A stretch of 58,902 nt of DNA from a candidate division WS1 bacterium (lineage in GTDB: Bacteria; Armatimonadota; Zipacnadia; Zipacnadales; UBA5352): the NCBI GenBank assembly GCA_003566775.1, contig PXBW01000074.1, positions 1 through 58,902 of the forward strand. The letters run 5' to 3'. Each line of letters opens with the position of its first letter. Position 1 is the first letter of the stretch. The translations under genes and the position numbers were made by a program. Below are positions 38,272-46,698 of the stretch, piece after piece. The notes beneath the pieces are model-generated. The model did no database searches. It saw only the letters and a list, made by a program, of their open reading frames with translations, and was not told the DNA's origin.

Positions 38272-38688
38272 TCATTCTCCGATAAGCGGAGTTGGGAACC
38301 AGGTGTAGCGAGCGACAGCCGCGATAATGAGGACTGCCATGAGAACCCAGAACAGCACGCCGCAGCCCCAGCCTGCTCCTTCAGATGGAAGTACAGCCTC
38401 CTGATCCGGAGCGACAGGTTCCGCGGACATCGGTACGGAGGCCACCACGATCAACAGAAGAATGACGAGACCGACTATCAGCGTGACGAGAAGCGGGACG
38501 CCCCAGACTATAGGCCCGATTGGCTCTATCCAGACAGAGCCCGCCCAGATCGTGAGAAAGAAGATCACGAGGAAGAAGAGGAAGCCCGAGGCGGGCCCCG
38601 GACCGCGCCTGCCGAATACGTAGATCAGTATCGCTGAGAACAGCATCGCGACGATCAGGACAAGAAGCAACTGCAGACCGATGGTCAT
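38272..38688 (-). CDS. Hypothetical integral membrane protein (4 TM)
   Basis: Four hydrophobic segments; GGGGAGG RBS before ATG 38688. Confidence 0.7.
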   Translation of the reverse strand: MTIGLQLLLVLIVAMLFSAILIYVFGRRGPGPASGFLFFLVIFFLTIWAGSVWIEPIGPIVWGVPLLVTLIVGLVILLLIVVASVPMSAEPVAPDQEAVLPSEGAGWGCGVLFWVLMAVLIIAAVARYTWFPTPLIGE

Positions 38689-38847
38689 CCAGGTATCCTC
38701 CCCGCTCACCACACCACAACAACCGGGAACATCGATATCCATGGTATCCGAGTTCGGACGGCATCTCAATGGGGGAATCTCATGAGATTCGCGTCGGGGA
38801 AGACGCTTGACGAGAAAGAGCCCTGGGCAGGCCCGCCGTCATCTGTA

Positions 38848-40014
38848 TCACGAGAAACGTTTGCGGTAGCGCAAAGGCGTGGTGTTGCGGTAGCGCTTGA
38901 ATACCTTCGTGAAGTAACTCTGATCGCGGAAGCCGCACTCGAGCGCGATGCGCGCGATCTCCCTGTCGGTACGCGCAAGCATCTCCGCGGCGCGATCAAT
39001 GCGCATGCGGTTGAGCAGATAGGTGAAGGTTGCGCCCGCCTCGCGCTTGATGAGGTGCGAGAAGTGTGATGGCGACAGATGCACCGCCTCGGCCACGTCA
39101 TCACGCGAGATCTGCTCGCAGCAGTGTGTCCGCATGTAGTCCAGCGCCTCGAAGAGGAGAAAGCCCGGATCCTTGCGCCGACTGTGCTCAATCGCATCCA
39201 TGATTCCCTCGAGCATCTCTCGCAGCCATGCGGCGAGGTCCTCGTGTGAAGCGATCTCCGACACCTCGTCGATGCCCCGGTAACTCATACCGAGGAACTG
39301 CTGCGGTGCGCCTCCCGCCTCCACTGCGGTGCGGCTCATCGTCACCACAAGTTCGAGGAATATGCTCTTGACCAGGTCGAGACGGTCCCCGGCATGGTAG
39401 TGTACGGTCATCAGCAGCTCGTTAAGTATCTCCCGCGCGGCCCGGCGGTCGCCTGAGCGAATCGCGGCCATCAGGGCCGGCTCCTCGCGCATATAGAGTT
39501 CGCGGATCGAGTAATGCACCCGGTTCTTGAAGTCGTGAATCGCATGTGCTCTCTGCTGCTCGTCGTAATACTGTCTCCGGTTACTTGCCAGCGCTGCGGC
39601 GTTGGTGAGATTGTGCTCCTCCGCGATCTCTCTCAGATGCGCGCAGACACGCGCGATGTCCAGCCGGGGGCAGCCCTCCTCGTCGGGCAGCACCCGCTCT
39701 TCAGCGGTGTTGGCCACCAATCCCCCGAGCACCCGCGCATTGCACATCAGAGGCACCGCCCAGATCATCCGTCGCCGCGGGCACTGCGTGACTGATGGCT
39801 CACCCCAGCGCAGACCTTCGCTGACTGCGAAGGCCCGCGCCTCCCTGCACTCGTCACGCCCCGGTGCCTCGCACTCCCCGCACGGCCCGCCGGGGAAAAG
39901 AATATCACCCTCGCAATCGACCGCGCAAAGATCCACCTTCCAGCGTTCCGCGTAAGTCCGGGCAAGTTCGCTGAAGCTCTCATGGTCGAGACCGCATCTG
40001 CCGCCCCTCGGCAT
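38848..40014 (-). CDS. AraC-family regulator with PocR-like N-terminal sensor
   Basis: Cys-rich GAF/PocR-like N-terminus (C..C, QCP, WAVP); C-terminal double HTH (LSPSHFS..., CGFRDQSYFTKVFK..TPLRYR). Confidence 0.87.
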   Translation of the reverse strand: MPRGGRCGLDHESFSELARTYAERWKVDLCAVDCEGDILFPGGPCGECEAPGRDECREARAFAVSEGLRWGEPSVTQCPRRRMIWAVPLMCNARVLGGLVANTAEERVLPDEEGCPRLDIARVCAHLREIAEEHNLTNAAALASNRRQYYDEQQRAHAIHDFKNRVHYSIRELYMREEPALMAAIRSGDRRAAREILNELLMTVHYHAGDRLDLVKSIFLELVVTMSRTAVEAGGAPQQFLGMSYRGIDEVSEIASHEDLAAWLREMLEGIMDAIEHSRRKDPGFLLFEALDYMRTHCCEQISRDDVAEAVHLSPSHFSHLIKREAGATFTYLLNRMRIDRAAEMLARTDREIARIALECGFRDQSYFTKVFKRYRNTTPLRYRKRFS

Positions 40015-40209
40015 CGCCAGGCCTCTCTGTGTATGAAGATGAATGCTGGAGGATACCGTACTATTTTACAATAATTCCGCTGCAGGTGAAAGACATCGAA
40101 GACAGGTCTGCGTATCCTTATACCCGTATAGATAACCTGTGAATTCGACCCAAGCGCTTTTCTCAAGGATTCGCAGGGTTCGCAGCAGTATCGGGAGCAC
40201 GTGTCGGCC

Positions 40210-41589
40210 ATGAGTGAGAATGGGAAAGAAGTACTGTTGAGGGCATTTCACAATCAGGAGACAGAACGCCCCGCATGGGTACCGTTTGTGGGCTCGCACG
40301 GTGGCGCGCTGATCGGGGCTCCGGCGGACGAGTATCTCAAATCGGCGGATCTGATGACAGACGGGCTGCTGAAGGCCGACGAACTCTACCGGCCCGACGG
40401 GCTGCCGATCACTTTCGACCTGCAGCTTGAGGCCGAGATACTCGGCTGTGAGCTTCGCTGGGCCTCCGACGGACCACCCAGTGTCGCGTCCCATCCACTG
40501 GCAGAGGGCGCGGAGCCCGATGATCTGCCTGCGTTCACCCCTGAAGCGGGACGCTTCCCGGTCGCGATGGAGGCGCTGCGACGCGTAAAGGCGGAGATCG
40601 GCGGCCGGGTGGCTCTCTACGGTCTCATCTGCGGCCCCTTCACCCTGGCGCTGCATCTGCTTGGCAACAACATCTTCCTCGAGATGTTCGACGAGGCCGA
40701 GAAAGTGCAGGAGCTGATCGCCTACTCTGCGGAAGTCGGCAGGGACGCCACAGACGCCTACCTCGACAACGGCGCGGACGTCATCGCTGTGGTCGATCCG
40801 ATGGTCAGTCAGATCTCGCCGGAGCATTTCACGCAGTTTGTGACTCCATCACTGAACCGTCTGTTCGATCACATCCATCGGCGTGGCGGCGCCGCCTCCC
40901 TGTTCTGCTGCGGTGACGCGACCCGCAACATCGAGGTCATGTGTCAGACTGACTGCGACAATATCTCCGTCGATGAGAACGTGGACCTCGCATTCCTGCG
41001 GGACACCGCACGAGAGCACCGGAAGTCGTTCGGCGGCAACCTGCAACTCACCGTGGTGCTTCTGCTCGGCGATGAGGCAGACGCCAGAAGAGCGGCGCTC
41101 GAGTGCATCGACATCGGCGGCTCCAGGGGATACATCCTCGCCCCGGGCTGTGATCTGCCCTACGACACACCACCCGAGAACGTCGCCGCCGCGGGCCTGA
41201 TGGCGGTCGATGAATACGAACGCGAGGTCGCTCGCGAGACCGTGATCGAGGCGGAGGAGGACAGCTTCGAGGATATTGAGCTTCCCGACTACGATGCCGA
41301 AGATCGCGTCATAGTCGATGTCATCACGCTCAACTCTGCGACCTGTGCCCCGTGTCAGTACATGATGGAGGCGGCCGAGCGCGCCGCCGAGCAGTTCCGC
41401 GACGCAGTGACGGTCAAAGAGCACAGAATCACCCATCGTGAGGGTCTGGGCATGTTTTGCCGCCTCGATGCGGGGCATGTGCCGACCATCTGCATTGATG
41501 GACAACCAGCATTCGTCTCGATCATACCCGATCAGCCGAAGCTCGTGAACGCAATCCGGGAACGTTTGGAGGAGAAGCGAGGATCATGA
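40210..41589 (+). CDS. MtaA/CmuA-like (UroD-fold) methyltransferase fused to a C-terminal thioredoxin-like domain
   Basis: FDLQLEAE, GPFTLA, FCCGDA, GGNL and LAPGCD motifs; C-terminal TCAPCQYM and VPTICIDG. Confidence 0.82.
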   Translation: MSENGKEVLLRAFHNQETERPAWVPFVGSHGGALIGAPADEYLKSADLMTDGLLKADELYRPDGLPITFDLQLEAEILGCELRWASDGPPSVASHPLAEGAEPDDLPAFTPEAGRFPVAMEALRRVKAEIGGRVALYGLICGPFTLALHLLGNNIFLEMFDEAEKVQELIAYSAEVGRDATDAYLDNGADVIAVVDPMVSQISPEHFTQFVTPSLNRLFDHIHRRGGAASLFCCGDATRNIEVMCQTDCDNISVDENVDLAFLRDTAREHRKSFGGNLQLTVVLLLGDEADARRAALECIDIGGSRGYILAPGCDLPYDTPPENVAAAGLMAVDEYEREVARETVIEAEEDSFEDIELPDYDAEDRVIVDVITLNSATCAPCQYMMEAAERAAEQFRDAVTVKEHRITHREGLGMFCRLDAGHVPTICIDGQPAFVSIIPDQPKLVNAIRERLEEKRGS

Positions 41590-42497
41590 TCCCGATCTGC
41601 CTCGTCACCGGCTTTCTCGGGAGTGGTAAGACCACTTTCCTCAGACACATAATCGATCTGCATGGTGATGAGAAAATCGTCTATCTCGTCAACGAGTTCT
41701 CATCACTCGACGTGGACGGCGATATTCTGCGTTCAGACGAGGACGACGTCGTAGCGGTGCCGGGAGGCAGCATCTTCTGCCGCTGCCTTGTGACCGAGTT
41801 CGCTGGCCGCCTGCGTGAGATACCTCGACGCTTCGGATCCGACGATGAACCCATCCAGAGCGTAGTGATCGAGGCCAGTGGCGTCGCGAATCCAATGGTC
41901 GTAGAGCAGATGCTCGCCGAGACCGGACTAAATGAGATATACGACCTCGGGCGGATAGTGAGCATCGTTGATCCGGGCAGCCTGTCGAAGCTGATACATA
42001 CACTGCCCAATATTCGCTCTCAGATCGAGGCCGCGGATGTAGTTCTCGTAAACAAGATCGATCTCTTCGATGAGCAACAGGTGGCCGAGACGGAGCGAAT
42101 TGTTCGCGAGATAGCGCCCGAGGCGGAGATTGTGCGAACCATACGATCGCGAGCCAACGTCAATCTTCTCGCAGAGGGCTCAAAACGCGGTCGCGAAGGA
42201 GACTACGCGCTGTGTGCCGATCCCAACTTCGCACGTTTCGCGCTCCACTTCAGCGCCCCGGTGGAGATCGATGCCCTGCAGTCGGCGCTGGAAGATGCGG
42301 CCGATTGCATCTACCGGGCGAAGGGTGTCGTTCCCACACACGACGGAGACCGCTACGTGGATATGTCCGCCACGGGTCTGCTGATTCAGGAATCTGATCG
42401 GGGAGCCGCGCGCGGCATCGCGATCATCGCCCGCGCCGAGGAGCCGGAGAAAGTGAAGAGGCTGGTTGAGCGTTTCGGTCGCCCGGACGAATCTTGA
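41586..42497 (+). CDS. CobW/COG0523 metal-chaperone GTPase
   Basis: TGFLGSGKTT, VNEF, GSIFCRC, IEASG, NKID and YRAKG motifs; ATGA overlap with the upstream gene. Confidence 0.9.
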   Translation: MIPICLVTGFLGSGKTTFLRHIIDLHGDEKIVYLVNEFSSLDVDGDILRSDEDDVVAVPGGSIFCRCLVTEFAGRLREIPRRFGSDDEPIQSVVIEASGVANPMVVEQMLAETGLNEIYDLGRIVSIVDPGSLSKLIHTLPNIRSQIEAADVVLVNKIDLFDEQQVAETERIVREIAPEAEIVRTIRSRANVNLLAEGSKRGREGDYALCADPNFARFALHFSAPVEIDALQSALEDAADCIYRAKGVVPTHDGDRYVDMSATGLLIQESDRGAARGIAIIARAEEPEKVKRLVERFGRPDES

Positions 42498-42584
42498 TCA
42501 TCGGTAAGATGCCATGCAGGAGTGCTGAGTGCTTTCGGTCAACTGCTCTCTTGTAGCGCATCACGACGAAAAGGAGTCCCGGCG

Positions 42585-43880
42585 ATGAATCTGATCGTGA
42601 TCGTCACCGACACCTTCCGCGCGGATCATCTCGGCTGTTACGGTAATGAGCGCGTTCGCACCCCGAATCTCGACCGGCTTGCGAGTGAGGGCGTGACCTT
42701 CACCAACGTGCATGGCGACGGTCTGCCCACCATCCCCATGCGCCGGGTATTCTACACGGGCAACACCATCCTGCCCGAGGGCGCGTGGCGGCCCCTGTCC
42801 CCCGACGACATCACGGTGGCGGAGATACTCGGCGAGCGTGGATACACCACCGGCCTGGTGGCCGACTGCTATCACATGTTCAAGCCGGGTATGAACCTGC
42901 ACCGCGGCTTCGACTCGTGGGAGTGGATCCGGGGGCAGGAGAGCGATCCGTGGCACAGCGGCCCGAGGGACGCGGTTGAGCCGAAGGATCACATGCCCGA
43001 GCACCTCTGGAACCCTCACTACGACGAGCGGATTCGGCAGTACATGATGAATATGCAGGACCGTGAGAGTGAGGAGGATTACATCGTCGCCCGCTCATGC
43101 CGCGCCGCCATGCGGTGGCTGGATAGCAACCTCGACAACAGGCCGTTCATGCTCTGGCTGGAACTGTTCGATCCCCATGAGCCGTGGGATGCCCCGAAGC
43201 GCTTCCGTGACATGTACTTCGATGACTACCCGGTGGAGGACTTTCAATTCGGCTACGGCGTCGACGTGAACGACGTGCGCGAGGAGGACCTTCCGGCGAT
43301 CCGCGCCCTTTACAAGGCCGAGGTCACCTTCGTGGACGAGTGGATCGGGCACCTGCTGGAGAAGGTTGCCGACCTCGGGCTGGATGATGACACCGCGATC
43401 GTCTTCACCACGGATCATGGCACACACCTTGGCGAACAGGGCTGCGTGCAGAAGACGCCGGGTCTGCTCAACTCCGCGGTTACTCAGATTCCTCTCATCA
43501 TCCGCCACCCTGTGCGACGCTGCGCGGGCAGCCGCATCGATGCTCTGGCAAGCGGCATGGACCTTGCTCCAACGCTGATGCGACTGACGGGTATCTCGGA
43601 CCATCCGCCGATGGATGGTGTGGACCTCTGGCCGCTCGCAGAGGGGGAGGTCGAGTCGCTGCATGACTGGCTGCTTATCGGCTTCCGCGGCTTCGCCGCC
43701 GCGCGCACGCTCGACTGGCATTACTTCCAGAACCTGCGCGATCGTGAAGCGGGCCGCGGTCCCGCCCTCTACGATCTTCGGAGCGATCCCGGTGAGACCA
43801 CGAACGTGGTCGACGACCACCCGGAGATCGTCGAGGACCTGCGCCGCCTGATCGCAGGGGCGTTTCCGCTGGAGGACTGA
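42585..43880 (+). CDS. Sulfatase/alkaline-phosphatase superfamily hydrolase (Thr at the nucleophile position)
   Basis: DTFRADHLG, TPNLD, TIPMR, FDPHEPW, TTDHG and LYDLRSDPGE motifs. Confidence 0.85.
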   Translation: MNLIVIVTDTFRADHLGCYGNERVRTPNLDRLASEGVTFTNVHGDGLPTIPMRRVFYTGNTILPEGAWRPLSPDDITVAEILGERGYTTGLVADCYHMFKPGMNLHRGFDSWEWIRGQESDPWHSGPRDAVEPKDHMPEHLWNPHYDERIRQYMMNMQDRESEEDYIVARSCRAAMRWLDSNLDNRPFMLWLELFDPHEPWDAPKRFRDMYFDDYPVEDFQFGYGVDVNDVREEDLPAIRALYKAEVTFVDEWIGHLLEKVADLGLDDDTAIVFTTDHGTHLGEQGCVQKTPGLLNSAVTQIPLIIRHPVRRCAGSRIDALASGMDLAPTLMRLTGISDHPPMDGVDLWPLAEGEVESLHDWLLIGFRGFAAARTLDWHYFQNLRDREAGRGPALYDLRSDPGETTNVVDDHPEIVEDLRRLIAGAFPLED

Positions 43881-44048
43881 GGGTCAGGCTGCAAGTCGTC
43901 AGTCGCAAGTCGCCAACAACGGCGGCGACAGACAGCCGGGCCGGACTTCGGTGCGAGCAGACGACGCTCGCGCCTGCGTCGGCCCCTCCATCACGGCAGA
44001 CGGCCAACTGCTGGCGAGCGCGCCCTGCCCTCCCCGCCTGCCGGCGCT

Positions 44049-45107
44049 TCACGCCCTCGCGTCGATCTCGTCAAGCGTGAAGCGAACGCTGAGTATGAAG
44101 GGTTCCTCCCCCTCGATCCAGTGCCCGTAGGTGGTGGTGAAGATCGTGCCGTCGGCGAGGATCTCCACTGCCGGGTAGGCGCAGTCGCGCCCTTTGAAGT
44201 TCTTTTTGAGGCGCACGCGATACTGCCCCTCGCGCAGGTTCGCAAGGTCCTCCCAGGTGCCGACCCAGCCGACCCAGTCGCCGGGCGTCGGCGTCTCGTG
44301 GGTGGTGTCGCGGAAGGAGATGAAGAGCCGCCCGTCCGGCGCGTACACCGCCTGATGGCGGTCGCCGGTGAGCGCACCGGGAAGCTGTACCGGCTCGCTC
44401 CAGGTGTCACCCTCATCCTCGCTGAAGCTCACGAACGAGTTGAACTGCCGCGAGTTCTCGCGCATCAGCATCGCGATAGTGTCACCGCCGGACGAGCGCA
44501 CCAGTCCCGGCTCACACAGGTGCGCCTCCGGGTGACTGACCAGCGCCTCCGGCTCGCTCCACGTCAGGCCGCCGTCCTCGCTCAGCGCACGATAGACGAT
44601 GTACCCCTCGCGCTCGCCCGCGTTGCGCAGGAAGCGCCCGTCATCGTGGAAGCTGACCATGTGTCGCCCGTCCTTGAGGCGCATGCAGTCGGCCATAGCC
44701 ACCACGCCGCCGTAGTCGCCGATGGGCTCCAGCGGCGTCCACGTGAGGCCGTCATCCTCGCATACCGCCATGCGAACCGGGTACAGCCCCGAGAACATGA
44801 TCAGCCGCCGCACTCCTTCGGGATCGACCACGCGGTAGATCGTCGGCACCTCCTGCGAGGTCTCCCAGTTCTGCGGAGTGGGAAGGCGCTCGCTCCACGT
44901 CAATCCCGCATCCTCGCTGCGCTTGAGCACGATCGCGCCCCGCCCGTGGCCCTTCGGATAGACGCAGACCATCGTGCGGCCATCCTCGAGCAGCACGGTG
45001 GTCGGGTGGCCGAGGTACTGCCCCGACTCGCGATCGACGATCACCTGCCGATGCGCCTCTTCATTCAGATCGACGGTGGGGACGGAGTACCCGCGTGGCT
45101 GAGTCAT
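44049..45107 (-). CDS. BNR/Asp-box sialidase-family protein
   Basis: YLGHP; Asp-boxes SEDAGLTW, EDDGLTW, SEDGGLTW and SEDEGDTW; CEP; CAYP; alternative start GTG 45116. Confidence 0.85.
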   Translation of the reverse strand: MTQPRGYSVPTVDLNEEAHRQVIVDRESGQYLGHPTTVLLEDGRTMVCVYPKGHGRGAIVLKRSEDAGLTWSERLPTPQNWETSQEVPTIYRVVDPEGVRRLIMFSGLYPVRMAVCEDDGLTWTPLEPIGDYGGVVAMADCMRLKDGRHMVSFHDDGRFLRNAGEREGYIVYRALSEDGGLTWSEPEALVSHPEAHLCEPGLVRSSGGDTIAMLMRENSRQFNSFVSFSEDEGDTWSEPVQLPGALTGDRHQAVYAPDGRLFISFRDTTHETPTPGDWVGWVGTWEDLANLREGQYRVRLKKNFKGRDCAYPAVEILADGTIFTTTYGHWIEGEEPFILSVRFTLDEIDARA

Positions 45108-45173
45108 TGTGATCACCCTGTTCAGGTCTTAGGCTTTAGTCTCCAGTCGCAGACTGAAGACTGACGGATATTC

Positions 45174-46211
45174 TCACGCCTGGTAGAACCAGTCGATCGG
45201 CAGGCTGCGCAGCTTCAGGTGCAGCAGTCTTGGTTCGCGGAAGTGCTCGTCCACCCAGTAGGTGAGCAGCGCGCGGTCTTCCACGAAGGTCACACTGACG
45301 TATGCGAACCAGCGGTCGCGAGCGGTCTCGAGGTCGCGAACGTGCTCCCAGGTGAGGCCCTCGTCGCGCGAGATCGCGGCGGTGAGCGGTGTGCGCATCT
45401 CCTCGGCGTTCGGATCATCGCGGAAGCAGTCGTTCCAGATCAGCAGCAGGTCGCCGCTGGACGGGATGCGCGTGATGGTCGAGGGCGCGACCGGCGCGCC
45501 GACGCCCATAGGCTCGGGGGCGGTCCACGTCACGCCGCCGTCCGCGGAGTACGAGCGGCATATCTGCCGCAGTTCGGTGCGGATGATCATCAGCAGGCGG
45601 CCGTCGCGCAGTTCAACCACGCCCGGCTCCATCGCCCCGCGCCCCGGCAGCGGCATGAGGCTCTCGCTGGGCACCCACGTGCGGCCCTCGTCATCGGAGA
45701 GCCAGGCGGTGGCCCACCCGGTGCGGTCGGTCGACTCGATGTCCCGGTGCAACGACGAGGGCATGACCAGCCGCCCGCAAGAAAGCTGCACGACGCGCGC
45801 GTTGTTCACCACCCAGTATCCGGGCTCGCGAGTGCATTGAACCGGGTCGCTGAAGGTCGCGGCCTCGTCCGAGGAGCGGCGCACGAAGGCGTGCAGATCA
45901 TCGGGACCGTTCTTGCGCAGGTAGAAGAACAGGATGTCGCCCGAGTCCCGCAGCCGCAGGAAGCTCACCGACATCACGTTCTGCACGCCCTCGTTCTCCA
46001 GCAGGGTGAAACGCTCGCCCCATGTCTTCCCGCGGTCGTGCGAGACCTTCGCGGAGATGCGGGCGGGCGCGGCGTCGGGCATTCGCGAATCGTAGAAGTC
46101 CGACCACGCCAGCAGCAGCGTGCCGTCCGCAAGCTCTATGATGTCCCCCTCGGTGTTGCGCGGATTGTCCGGCGTGGCCGGTGCTACGAGCATGGAGAAA
46201 TCAGCGCTCAT
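45174..46211 (-). CDS. BNR/Asp-box sialidase-family protein
   Basis: RNTEG; Asp-boxes SHDRGKTW, SDDEGRTW, SADGGVTW and SRDEGLTW; MEPG; RTPL. Confidence 0.87.
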   Translation of the reverse strand: MSADFSMLVAPATPDNPRNTEGDIIELADGTLLLAWSDFYDSRMPDAAPARISAKVSHDRGKTWGERFTLLENEGVQNVMSVSFLRLRDSGDILFFYLRKNGPDDLHAFVRRSSDEAATFSDPVQCTREPGYWVVNNARVVQLSCGRLVMPSSLHRDIESTDRTGWATAWLSDDEGRTWVPSESLMPLPGRGAMEPGVVELRDGRLLMIIRTELRQICRSYSADGGVTWTAPEPMGVGAPVAPSTITRIPSSGDLLLIWNDCFRDDPNAEEMRTPLTAAISRDEGLTWEHVRDLETARDRWFAYVSVTFVEDRALLTYWVDEHFREPRLLHLKLRSLPIDWFYQA

Positions 46212-46288
46212 CGGTCGGCTCCCTCCGTTCACCGACTTCGCATGAGGTGTTGAGACGGCATGACCGGCCGTTGAACGCGCCGCCGCGC

Positions 46289-46468
46289 TCAACGCTTCGT
46301 GCGACTCATGGACATCTCGTGCGCGACCTGTTCGAGCATCGCGGCGGTGGCAAGTTGGGCGTTGACCTGTGCGAACATCAGTACCTGGTCAACACTCTCC
46401 AGTTTGTCGGAGACCTGCTTGAGCGCATTCTTCGAGTGCTCGACGTGGAAATCGTACTGCTTCTTCAT
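46289..46468 (-). CDS. Small hypothetical helical protein (59 aa)
   Basis: GGGGAG RBS, genome-like codon use, occupies an intergenic gap. Confidence 0.55.
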   Translation of the reverse strand: MKKQYDFHVEHSKNALKQVSDKLESVDQVLMFAQVNAQLATAAMLEQVAHEMSMSRTKR

Positions 46469-46698
46469 GATGGTGTCTCCCCGGTTCACGCGGCAGATTC
46501 TTCATTGCCGGACGCCGGTCGGATTGCCCAGGTTTGTACCGTTCAATTCGTCACCGACACCCCACGCCCCTTCCAACTGAGCGGAAAAGCCGCTGGAATC
46601 GCGCAGATCACAGGCACGCCGAACAGGTGCGGAGGGCCATCGTCGCGAAAGAGCACGGCGCGACCAGATTCGAGAGGGAGTTGGAGGAGCGTTCATCG

